From Nocardioidaceae bacterium (GTDB taxonomy: Bacteria > Actinomycetota > Actinomycetes > Propionibacteriales > Nocardioidaceae), in contig JBIOUF010000014.1 of the NCBI GenBank assembly GCA_044866695.1, positions 30,873-94,872 of the forward strand: a stretch of DNA of 64,000 nucleotides, written 5' to 3'. This document shows positions 35,460-46,600 of the stretch, one piece after another (positions within the stretch are counted from its first letter, which is position 1; every line of letters starts with the position of its first letter). The notes under the pieces were generated by a model. The model did no database searches. It saw nothing but the letters and a program-made list of their open reading frames with translations, and was not told the origin of the DNA. Position numbers and translations under genes: made by a program.

Positions 35460-36980
35460 ATGACCTCTCACGACCACCTGCTCGCCCGCGCCGAGGCCGC
35501 TCTCGCCGCCTGCGGCGTGAAGCTCCCGGCGGCGGACACCACCACCGGCTGGACCGCCCGGTCGCCCATCGACGGCAGCACGCTGACCACGGTGCAGTCG
35601 GCGGACGCGGCCGACGTGGCCGAGGCCGTCGACGCCGCTCACGCCGCCTTCCTGACCTGGCGCTCCGTGCCGGCCCCGCAACGCGGTGCGCTGGTCAAGC
35701 GGCTGGGTCGGCTGCTGGAGGACCACAAGGAGCACCTGGCCGACCTGGTCACCGTGGAGGTCGGCAAGATCCGGTCCGAGGCCCTCGGCGAGGTCCAGGA
35801 GATGATCGACATCTGCGACTTCGCGGTCGGGCTCTCCCGGCAGCTCGAGGGTCGCACGATGCCCTCGGAGCGCCCCGGCCACCGGCTGATGGAGACCTGG
35901 CACCCCGCCGGGGTCGTGGCGGTCATCTCGGCGTTCAACTTCCCGGTCGCCGTGTGGTCCTGGAACACCGCGATCGCCCTGGTCTGCGGCGACAGCGTGG
36001 TCTGGAAGCCCAGCGAGCTGACCCCGCTGGCCTCCATGGCCTGTACGGCGCTGCTGGACCGTGCCATCGCCGACGTCGGGGCGCCTCGCGACGTACACCG
36101 CCTGCTGCTCGCCGACCGCGAGGACGCGGCGGGGCTGCTCGACGACAGGCGGGTCGCGGTGGTGAGCGCGACGGGCTCGGAGCGGATGGGCGCGCAGGTG
36201 GGCCCGCGGGTCGCCGCCCGGTTCGGCCGGACGATCCTGGAGCTGGGCGGCAACAACGCCGCGGTCGTCACCCCCTCGGCGGACCTCGACCTCGCGCTGC
36301 GCGGGATCGTCTTCGCCGCCGCCGGCACCGCCGGCCAGCGCTGCACCACGATGCGCCGCGTCATCGCGCACCGGACCGTCGTCGACGGGCTCGTGGAGCG
36401 CGTCGCCGCGGCGTTCGAGGGCTTGGCCGTCGGCGACCCGTTCGACGAGGGCACCCTGGTGGGACCGCTGGTCAACGCGGCGGCGTTCGAGCGGATGCAG
36501 ACCGCCCTCGCGCGCGCGAGGGACGCGGGCGGCACCGTCGTCGCCGGCGGTGAGCGCGTGGACGTCGCCGGCCCGGACTCCTACTACGTGCGGCCCGCGC
36601 TGGTCACCATGCCGGCCCAGGCCGACGTCGTCCGCGAGGAGACCTTCGCGCCGCTCCTCTACGTCTTGTCCTACGACGCGCTCGACGACGCGATCGCACT
36701 GCACAACGACGTGCCTCAGGGCCTCTCCTCGAGCATCTTCACCCTCGACCAGCGCGAGGCGGAGACGTTCATGTCCGCGGCCGGTTCGGACTGCGGCATC
36801 GTGAACGTCAACATCGGCACGTCCGGCGCGGAGATCGGCGGCGCGTTCGGCGGCGAGAAGGCCACCGGCGGCGGGCGCGAGTCCGGCTCGGACGCCTGGC
36901 GCGCGTACATGCGCCGGGCCACCAACACGGTCAACTACTCGGCCGAGCTGCCGCTCGCCCAGGGCGTGAGCTTCGGATGA
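35460..36980 (+). CDS. Aldehyde dehydrogenase, ALDH7/piperideine-6-carboxylate dehydrogenase-like
   Basis: 506 aa from ATG 35460: ...ISAFNFPVAVWSWN...WKPSE...ELGGNNA...GQRCTT...EETFAPLLYV...GIVNVNIGTSGAEIGGAFGGEKATGGGRESGSDAW. Confidence 0.9.
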   Translation: MTSHDHLLARAEAALAACGVKLPAADTTTGWTARSPIDGSTLTTVQSADAADVAEAVDAAHAAFLTWRSVPAPQRGALVKRLGRLLEDHKEHLADLVTVEVGKIRSEALGEVQEMIDICDFAVGLSRQLEGRTMPSERPGHRLMETWHPAGVVAVISAFNFPVAVWSWNTAIALVCGDSVVWKPSELTPLASMACTALLDRAIADVGAPRDVHRLLLADREDAAGLLDDRRVAVVSATGSERMGAQVGPRVAARFGRTILELGGNNAAVVTPSADLDLALRGIVFAAAGTAGQRCTTMRRVIAHRTVVDGLVERVAAAFEGLAVGDPFDEGTLVGPLVNAAAFERMQTALARARDAGGTVVAGGERVDVAGPDSYYVRPALVTMPAQADVVREETFAPLLYVLSYDALDDAIALHNDVPQGLSSSIFTLDQREAETFMSAAGSDCGIVNVNIGTSGAEIGGAFGGEKATGGGRESGSDAWRAYMRRATNTVNYSAELPLAQGVSFG

Positions 36981-38151
36981 GCCGCGACCCGCTACCCGAG
37001 CACGCCTCGGTCGTGGTCGTCGGCGGTGGTGTCATGGGCGCGAGCGCGGCGTTCCACCTCGCCGAGGCCGGCGTCCCCGGCGTCGTACTGCTCGAGCGCG
37101 ACTCCCTCGCCTGCGGGTCGACCTCCCGGTCCGCCGGGGGCGTCCGGGCCCAGTTCTCCGACCCGGTGAACATCGCGCTCGGCGCGAGGAGCCTCGAGGC
37201 ATTCGAGCGCTTCGGGACCCGCCCCGGCGGCGACATCGACCTGCACCAGGTCGGCTACCTGTTCCTGCACACCGACCCGGCGGCGCTCGCCGCGGCGGAG
37301 CAGGCCGTCTCGCTGCAGCGCTCGCTGGGCGTGGACACCCGGCTGCTGACCGCGGACGGGGCGGGCCGGCTCAGCCCGGGCGTCGACACCTCCGACGTCC
37401 TCGGGGCGACCTACCATCCCCGGGACGGCTTCTGCAGCCCCGAGAACGTCGTGCAGGGCTACGCGCGGGCGGCCCGCGCGCTCGGCGCCGCGGTCCACAC
37501 CGGAGTCGAGGTGACCGGGGTCGAGACGAGCGGAGGCGAGGTGACCGCGGTGACCACGTCCGCCGGCACCGTGCGCACCTCGACGGTCGTGTGCGCCGCG
37601 GGCGCGTGGGCGCGCCGGCTCGGCGAGTGGGTGGATGTGGAGCTGCCCGTCGACCCGCTGCGGCGGCAGATCGTGGTGACCGAGCCGCTCGGCGCGGACC
37701 TGCTCCCCTCGTTCCCGCGGTCGGCGCCGATGACGGTGGACGCGGAGTCCACGTTCTACCTGCATCGTGAGGGGCCGGCACTTCTTGTCGGAATGAGCTA
37801 CCGCGGCGAGCGGGCCGGCTTCCGCAGTGGGTACTCCGACGAGTGGCTTCCCGACCTGCTCGAGGCGATGGAGCGCCGAGCGCCTGCCCTGCTCGACGTG
37901 GGGATCGCACACCGCTGGTGGGGCTACTACGAGGTGACTCCGGACGACAACGCGGTCATCGGGGAGGCGTCGTCGGTGTCGCGGTTCCTGTACGCCGCCG
38001 GGTTCTCCGGCCACGGGTTCCTTCAAGGTCCGGCCGTCGGCGAGGTCATCCGTGACTTGTACCTCGGACAAGAACCGGTGGTCGACGTGCGCTGCCTGTC
38101 CGCCGAGCGGTTCGCGTCGGGTGCCCGGGTGCTCGAGCGCGGCATCGTCTG

Positions 38152-38152
<1 letters not shown>
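36977..38152 (+). CDS. FAD-dependent oxidoreductase (DAO family, sarcosine/pipecolate-oxidase-like)
   Basis: VVVVGGGVMGASAAFHLAE...GGVRAQF.... It has an ATGA overlap with the upstream gene. Confidence 0.9.
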
Positions 38153-39549
<1,397 letters not shown>

Positions 39550-39715
39550 GGGGGACCGCCGGCTCACCTTCCATCGGCTGCCCGGCGGGGGTCTCCGGCC
39601 CCGGCCGACCCGGCTCCCCGTCGAGCCGGCCCGCCCGCGGCTCGGCCCGGGTGGTCTCCCCCGGTGACGACAGGTATAGGTTCGGTCACTCCGCAGGCCG
39701 ATAGGGGAGGCGCCG

Positions 39716-40765
39716 TTGATCCCGCCCGCAGACACCGACGTGGCGGGACGGCCACCGGGACTCGACCTCGCCCGGCTGCGCGGGTACCTGGACCAGACGT
39801 TGCCCGGGCTGGTCGCCGGGGACCTGACCGCCGAGCTCATCGCCGGAGGCAGGTCCAACCTCACCTACACCGTCGAGGACGGCCGGAGCCGGTGGGTGGT
39901 GCGGCGCCCTCCGCTGGGTCACGTGCTGGCCACCGCGCACGACATGTCCCGGGAGGTCCGGGTGATCCGGGCCCTGGCCGGCACCGGGGTGCCGGTCCCG
40001 ACCGTGGTCGACCTGTGCGAGGACCCGGCCGTGCTCGGCGCGCCGTTCTACCTGATGGAGCACGTGCCCGGCCGTACCTACCGCTCCGCCGCGGACCTGC
40101 GGGCCCTGGGCGAGCGGCATACCGAGGCGCTGTCGCGGCGGGTCGTCGAGACGCTGGCGGAGCTGCACGCGGTGGACCCGGCCGAGGTGGGACTGGCCGA
40201 CTTCGGCCGCCCGGAGGGGTTCCTCCCGCGCCAGGTCCGCCGCTGGGGGACCCAGCTCGACGCCTCGCGAAGCCGGCCGCTGCGCGGCATCGACGAGCTG
40301 CGAGCCGGCCTGGCCGCGCGGCTGCCCGCGGAGCAGCCTGCGGCGGTCGTGCACGGCGACTACCGGCTGGACAACCTGCTCGTCGACAGCGACCGCGGGC
40401 AGGACCGCGTCGCCGCCGTCCTGGACTGGGAGATGGCCACCCTCGGCGACCCGTTGACCGACCTCGGGCTCCTGCTCGTCTACGACCTCGTCGCCTCCGA
40501 CGCCCCCGACCTCGCCGACGCGTCGCTCGCCCCCGGCTTCCTGCGGGGCGAGCAGCTGCTCTCCGCGTACGCCGCCGCGAGCGGCCGCTCGCTCCCGCCG
40601 ATGGGCTTCTACGTCGCCCTCGCGTCCTTCAAGCTCGCCGTGATCCTCGAGGGCATCCACTACCGGCACTCGCTCGGGCAGACCGCCGGCGAGGGCTTCG
40701 ACGCCATCGGCGACGCCGTCGACCCCCTCGTCTCCCACGGCCTGGATGCCCTGCGGGACGCCTGA
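39716..40765 (+). CDS. Phosphotransferase (APH/choline-kinase-like) family protein
   Basis: GGRSNLTYTV...FYLMEHVPG...VVHGDYRLDNLLV...VLDWEMATLGDPLTDL. TTG start as given in the track. Confidence 0.85.
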   Translation: MIPPADTDVAGRPPGLDLARLRGYLDQTLPGLVAGDLTAELIAGGRSNLTYTVEDGRSRWVVRRPPLGHVLATAHDMSREVRVIRALAGTGVPVPTVVDLCEDPAVLGAPFYLMEHVPGRTYRSAADLRALGERHTEALSRRVVETLAELHAVDPAEVGLADFGRPEGFLPRQVRRWGTQLDASRSRPLRGIDELRAGLAARLPAEQPAAVVHGDYRLDNLLVDSDRGQDRVAAVLDWEMATLGDPLTDLGLLLVYDLVASDAPDLADASLAPGFLRGEQLLSAYAAASGRSLPPMGFYVALASFKLAVILEGIHYRHSLGQTAGEGFDAIGDAVDPLVSHGLDALRDA

Positions 40766-40795
40766 CCCGGGGTCGAGTCTGCGGGTCGGTCGGCG

Positions 40796-40883
40796 TGGTT
40801 GTGGCCGATGGCCGCACGAGTCAGCGGTTGTGGCCCCAGCCCGCAGCGACACGCCGATCGGGGGTGCGGTCTTCGGCCACAAC
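40796..40883. promoter_or_regulatory. GGTTGTGGCC direct repeats plus an inverted copy upstream of amrS (candidate operator or structured leader)
   Basis: GGTTGTGGCC occurs at 40797-40806 and 40826-40835. GGCCACAAC occurs at 40875-40883. A nested CCGCA...TGCGG pair lies between them. Confidence 0.3.
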
Positions 40884-40945
40884 GCCGCCGCCGGCGCCTC
40901 TGGACGCGCGACGGTCCGGCGTACCGTGGAGGCTGGAGCCGACGC

Positions 40946-42052
40946 ATGGACCAGACGCTCACCCTCGACGACCCGTGGACTGTGCCGACGAGGCACTGGC
41001 ACCGCCTCGACGACGGCCGCGTCCAGTGCGACGTCTGCCCTCGTGCCTGCCGCCTGCACGAAGGACAGCGCGGGCTGTGCTTCGTCCGGGCGCGCGCGGC
41101 GGACCAGATCGTGCTCACGTCGTACGGACGCTCCAGCGGCTTCTGCGTAGACCCGGTGGAGAAGAAGCCGCTGAACCACTTCCTGCCCGGGTCGGCGGTG
41201 CTCTCGTTCGGGACGGCGGGCTGCAACCTGGCCTGCAAGTTCTGCCAGAACTGGGACATCTCCAAGTCCCGCGAGACCGACACGCTGGCCGACGCGGCGT
41301 CCCCGGAGACCATCGCCAGGACCGCCGAGCGGCTGGGCTGCCGCAGCGTGGCGTTCACCTACAACGACCCGGTGATCTTCTGGGAGTACGCCGCCGACGT
41401 CGCCGATGCCTGCCACGAGAGGGGCATCGCCGCGGTCGCGGTGACGGCCGGCTACATGTGCCCCGAGCCGCGCGCCGAGCTCTACCGGCACGTCGACGCT
41501 GCCAACGTCGACCTCAAGGCGTTCACCGAGGAGTTCTACCACCGGGTCTGCGCGGCCGGCCTGGGCGCGGTGCTGGACACTCTGCGGTACCTGCGCCAGG
41601 AGACCGGCGTGTGGTTCGAGATCACCACGCTGCTGATCCCCGGACGAAACGACTCCGACGACGAGATCGACGCGGAGACCCGGTGGGTCGCCGAGGAGCT
41701 GGGCCCCGACACGCCTGTGCACTTCACCGCTTTTCATCCGGACTACAAGATGCGAGACGTGCCCCCCACGCCCGGGTCGACGCTGACGAGGGCCCGGCGG
41801 ATCGCCGTGGCCAACGGGCTCCGGTACGTCTACACGGGCAACGTCCACGACACCGAGGGCGGCACGACGTTCTGCGGCGAGTGCGGCAACCCCGTCGTCG
41901 TCAGGGACTGGTACCACATCGAGGCCTACCGGCTCGACGACCGCGGCCACTGCCGCACGTGTGGTCACCGGGTCCCTGGGGTGTACGACGGTCCCGTCGG
42001 TCGGTGGGGCGCACGGCGGCTGCCGGTGGTCCTCGGCGAGCGCGGTCGATGA
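40946..42052 (+). CDS. amrS: AmmeMemoRadiSam system radical SAM enzyme
   Basis: Starts at ATG 40946. It carries VQCDVCPRACRLHEGQRGLCFVR...GCNLACKFCQNWDISK (CxxxCxxC)...C-terminal CGECGNP...CRTCGH. Confidence 0.9.
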   Translation: MDQTLTLDDPWTVPTRHWHRLDDGRVQCDVCPRACRLHEGQRGLCFVRARAADQIVLTSYGRSSGFCVDPVEKKPLNHFLPGSAVLSFGTAGCNLACKFCQNWDISKSRETDTLADAASPETIARTAERLGCRSVAFTYNDPVIFWEYAADVADACHERGIAAVAVTAGYMCPEPRAELYRHVDAANVDLKAFTEEFYHRVCAAGLGAVLDTLRYLRQETGVWFEITTLLIPGRNDSDDEIDAETRWVAEELGPDTPVHFTAFHPDYKMRDVPPTPGSTLTRARRIAVANGLRYVYTGNVHDTEGGTTFCGECGNPVVVRDWYHIEAYRLDDRGHCRTCGHRVPGVYDGPVGRWGARRLPVVLGERGR

Positions 42053-42059
42053 ACCGGCG

Positions 42060-42884
42060 ATGAGCGACGTCCGGACCCCGGCGGTGGCCGGGTCCTTCTA
42101 CGCCGGCGACCCGGCGGAGCTCGCCGCGACGGTCGACGCGCTGCTGGGCCGCGCCGACGGCAGCGAGCCCGCCCGCGGCCCGGTGGCGCTGGTCGTGCCG
42201 CACGCGGGGCTCCGCTGCTCGGGCCCGGTCGCGGCGTCGGCGTACCGGCTGGTCCGCCGGCACTGGCCGGGCCGCGTCCGCGCAGTCGCGGTGTTCGGGC
42301 CGGCACACTTCCGGGACGTGGGCGGCATGGCCGTGCCGGCCGGTCGGGCCTGGTCGACGCCGCTCGGCGAGGTTCCCGTCGACGCGCGGCTGCGCGCCCT
42401 GCTCGTGCGGCGTGGGCTGGCGCGGGCCGACGACGGCTGTCATGCCGGCGAGCACTCGGTCGAGGTGCAGCTACCGTTCCTGCAGCAGGCCCTGGCCGGC
42501 GACTGGTCGCTGCTCCCGGTGGTGGCGCGCTCGGTCCCGGCGGAGCTGGTCGCGGACTGCATGGACGCGCTGGCCGACGACGACGTGGGCGTCGTGGTCA
42601 GCACGGACCTGTCGCACTACCACGACGTGTCCACGGCGCAGGCGCGGGACCGCCGTACCGCGGCGGCAGTCCTGCGACTCGACGTCGACGCGGTCCGCGA
42701 CGAGGACGCCTGCGGAGCAGAGGTGTTGAGGGGCGTCCTGGTGTGGGCGCGCCGTCGCGACCTCCGGGTCGGGTTGCTCGACCTCGGCACGTCCGCGGAC
42801 ACGTGCAGCGGTCCCGAACGGGTGGTGGGGTACGGCGCCTTCGCCCTGGCGAACCGCCCAGCTCTCGGCGAGGACCGAGGCTAG
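42060..42884 (+). CDS. amrB: AmmeMemoRadiSam system protein B (Memo-like)
   Basis: Starts at ATG 42060. It carries PAVAGSFYAGDPAEL...VVPHAGL.CSG...EHSVEVQLPFLQ...STDLSHY. Confidence 0.85.
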   Translation: MSDVRTPAVAGSFYAGDPAELAATVDALLGRADGSEPARGPVALVVPHAGLRCSGPVAASAYRLVRRHWPGRVRAVAVFGPAHFRDVGGMAVPAGRAWSTPLGEVPVDARLRALLVRRGLARADDGCHAGEHSVEVQLPFLQQALAGDWSLLPVVARSVPAELVADCMDALADDDVGVVVSTDLSHYHDVSTAQARDRRTAAAVLRLDVDAVRDEDACGAEVLRGVLVWARRRDLRVGLLDLGTSADTCSGPERVVGYGAFALANRPALGEDRG

Positions 42885-42924
42885 AGTGCGGGCCTGAGCG
42901 GTCACGTGGCGCATCGGAGGGGTC

Positions 42925-43695
42925 GTGCAGGTTTCGGACAAGGTCTGGGTGGTCACCGGCGCGGGAAGCGGGATGGGCCGCGAGCTCGTGCTGCTGATGC
43001 TCCGCCGCGGCGCGCGCGTCGCAGCCGTCGACGTCAGGGCCGAGGCCCTCCAGGAGACCGCATCGCTCGCGGCGGTCGGCGACCGGATGTCTCTCCATGT
43101 CGTCGACATCACCGACCGCGCGGCGGTCGGATCGGTCCCGGAAGCCGTCGTGGACGCGCACGGCCGCGTCGACGGGCTGGTCAACAACGCCGGGATCATC
43201 CAGCCCTTCGTGCCGGTGGCCGACCTCGACTACGCCGTGTTCCGGCGCGTCCTCGACGTCAACCTCATGGGCACGGTCCACATGGTCAAGGCGTTCCTCC
43301 CTCTGCTGCTCGAACGGCCGGAGGCGCACGTCGCCAACGTGTCGAGCATGGGCGGCTTCTTCCCGTTCCCGGGCCAGACGGTGTACGGCGCCAGCAAGGC
43401 GGCCGTCAAGCTGCTCACCGAGGGCCTGTACGCCGAGCTGCTCGACACCCGCGTCCACGTCACGGCGATCATGCCCGGAGCCGTCGCCACCGCCATCTCG
43501 GAGAACTCCGGGGTCGCGGCCCCGGCCGGTGCGGCGCAGAGCGCGGCCGTGCGCGCCACCCCCGCCGACAAGGCGGCCCGGATCATGCTGCACGGCATCG
43601 AGCGGAACCGCCTGCACGTCTATGTCGGCAGGGATGCCCAGCTGATGAGCCTTGCGCGATCCGGGTCGCCCCGGCCCCGGCGATCCGGTTCGTGA
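42925..43695 (+). CDS. SDR-family oxidoreductase
   Basis: VVTGAGSGMGRE...NNAGI...YGASKAAVK. Confidence 0.9.
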   Translation: MQVSDKVWVVTGAGSGMGRELVLLMLRRGARVAAVDVRAEALQETASLAAVGDRMSLHVVDITDRAAVGSVPEAVVDAHGRVDGLVNNAGIIQPFVPVADLDYAVFRRVLDVNLMGTVHMVKAFLPLLLERPEAHVANVSSMGGFFPFPGQTVYGASKAAVKLLTEGLYAELLDTRVHVTAIMPGAVATAISENSGVAAPAGAAQSAAVRATPADKAARIMLHGIERNRLHVYVGRDAQLMSLARSGSPRPRRSGS

Positions 43696-46600
43696 AGAAG
43701 CAGATGACCAAGCGTCTCAGCACCGCCGTACCCGCCCCTTCGCGTTGAGCCGTCAGATCCGGTCGGCGCACCAGGACTGACGGGTCGAGGCACCAACATT
43801 GACGGCTCGGCGCGCCAGCATTGACGGTTCGGCGTGGGTCAGGGGTCGTCGAGGGGGTCGGGTCCGGTGTCGAAGGTGCGCAGCGGGGGGGCGGTCGAGG
43901 TGGTGGCGGGCGGGCCGGTCGCGGCGGGTGCTGTCGAGGTGGGGGTCGTCGAGGTGGGGGTGGTGGCGGGCGGGGGGACGACGGTGGCGTCGGTGGCTCC
44001 TCGCCCTCGATGGACACGTGGGGGAGGATGCGGTCCAGCCAGGCGGGCAGCCACCAGGCGGCACGGCCGAAGAGCACCAGGGCCGCCGGCGCGAGGGTGA
44101 CCACGAGGATGCCCGCGAGCAGCACGGCGACGGACAGCCCGACGCCGAACTGCTTGATGGTCGGGTCGCCCTCCAGGATGAAGCTGGCGAACACCGAGGC
44201 CATGATGAGGGCGGCTGTCGTGGTGATCCGACCGCTCGAGGTCAGCGCGGACCGCACGCTGTCACTGGCCTCCTCGCCGGCATGGTGGTGCTGCTGGACG
44301 TGGCTGACCAGGAACACCTCGTAGTCCATGGACAGCCCGAAGAGGCCTGCGAACATCATCAGTGGCACGTAGCTCGCGATCGGCACCGACGAGTCCGCGG
44401 TGTCGATGCCGAGCAGGGATATGCCCCAGCCCCACTGGAAGGCCGCGGTCAGGACGCCGAACGCCGCGGCCGCGGAGAGCAGGTTCGTCACCGCTGCCTG
44501 GAGCGGGATGAGCAGCGACCGGAAGGCCACCATCAGCAGGAGGAAGCCGAGCAGAATGACAGTGCCGATGACAAGAAGTAGCCGGGCCGAGATCAGCGAG
44601 GCGAGGTCGACGTACGACGCGGTGTACCCGCCGACGTACGACGTGATGCCCCCGCCCTGGTTGGTCTCCGGAAGGACCGTGCCGCGGACGTCCCTGACCA
44701 GGTCGGCCGTCGTGTCGGACGCCGGCGCGGTCGAGGGCACCGCCGACAGCAGGACGACGTCGCCCTTCTTGTTGATCTGGGGCGGCGTGAGCGAGACGAC
44801 CCCGTCGGTCCCGGACAGCCCCTTCTGGAGGTTGACCACGCGAGGGTCGGTGCCGCGGTCGTCACCGCCGGCCTGCGTGAGCATGTCGGTCAGCTCCTTC
44901 TTGAGCTGCTCGGCCTGCTTCTGCTCCTGCTGCGCCTGCTTCTGCTCGGCCTTCAGCTCGTCGGCCTGCTGCTGCAGCGCGTCCCCCTGCGCCTGCAGCG
45001 CGGCCGCCTGCTGCTGCAGCTGCTGAGCCTGGCGCTGCAACGCGTTCGCCTGCCGGCGGAGGCTGGCCGCACGGCTCTGGAGCTGGTCCCCCTCCCGCCT
45101 CAGCCGAGCCGCGGTCTGCTGCAGGGCGGTCTTCTGCCGCTCGAGCGAGCCGGCCTGGCGCTGAAGGGTCGCGGCCTGCTGCCGCAGGTGGTCGGCCTGC
45201 GACTGGAGCTGGCGGGCCTCGCGAGCGAGCCGGCGCGCCTGGGCCTCGAGCGGCCTGAGCTCCTGGCGCACCTCGGCCTCGCGCTGACGGACCTCGGCCA
45301 GCCGCCGCTTCAGCCGGGCCACCTCGTCGGCGTCGCCTCGCGCCTCGGCGCGCTGGATGCGGCGCTGAAGGACCCGTTCGCGCACGAGCAGCCTGCCCAG
45401 CTCGCGGGCCAGCGGGCGGATCTTCGCCGCGAGCGCCCGGGCCTGGCGCTCCAGCGCCTGCTTGCGATGCTCCAGCCGGGACTGCTCGGCCTCCAGCCGG
45501 CGCTGCTCACGCTCGAGTGTGGTCGCGCGCCGTTCGAGCGCGCTCTGCTGGGCGCGGAGCCGGTCGGCCTGCTGCTGCAGTCTCGCCTGCTGCCGCTCCA
45601 GCTGCGCCTGCTGGCTCTCCAACGACCGTTGCTCCGCCTGGAGCTGCTGCTTCTCCCGTTCCAGCTGTCGCTGTTGGGCCCGGAGCTGCTTCTGCTCGGC
45701 CTGGAGCTGCTGCTTCTGCTTCGGGAGCTCCTTCTGCTTCTCGTCGAGGTCCTTCTTCAGCGACTGGGCCTTGTCGTACTTCTTGGTGTACTCCTCGCTG
45801 GGCGCCGCCACCGGGTCGAGCTCGGAGGCGACCTGGAGCGGCCCGTTGTAGCCGACGCCGAACCCGGCCGAGATCAGGTCGTAGGCCTGGCGCTCGGTGG
45901 TGTCGGGCGAGGTGGCGCCGACGTCCTCCTGGCCCAGCTCGAGGGAGAACACCGGCACGATGAGCGGGGCCAGCGCCGCCAGGGAGACACCGGCCACGAC
46001 CAGCGGATGTCGTCGTACGACGCCGGCCCACCGGGCCCAGATTCCGCTGCCAGCCGGCCGCTCGGGACGCATGAACGCCGGCAGCGACAACCAGGCGATC
46101 CGGTGTCCGAGCAGGCCGAGGAACGCGGGCAGGAGCGAGATCGCGACCAGCACCGCCGCGACGACCGCGATCGCGGAGGCCAGGCCGAGGGCGCTCACCA
46201 GGGGGATGCCCGCGACTCCCAGGGACAGCAGGGCGATGACCACGGTGCACCCGGCGAAGACGATGGCGCTTCCCGAGGTCGCCACGGCGTTGGCGATCGA
46301 GTCCACCATGGGCATCCCGGCGCGCAGCTGGTCCTGGTGGCGGGTGATCAGGAACAGCGCGTAGTCGATGCCGACGCCGAGCCCGATCATCGTGGCGAGC
46401 GTCGGTCCGCTGGACGGGATCGCGAACAGGTGCCCGGCGAGGCCGACGATCGCGAGGGCGATGCCGAGGCCGACGACGGCGGTGACGATGGGCATGCTCA
46501 TCGCCACCAGGCTGCCCAGCACCAGGCTCAGGATGACCATCGCCGCGACGATGCCGACGACCTCGCTGGTCTCGGACTGGTCGTCGGACAGCGCCGAGCC

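Noticed and set aside
43769-43834. 22-bp iterons as a plasmid or phage replication origin
   Set aside because: There is no rep or initiator gene, no AT-rich unwinding element and no DnaA-box cluster nearby. The same repeat occurs at a second, ordinary chromosomal intergenic site.
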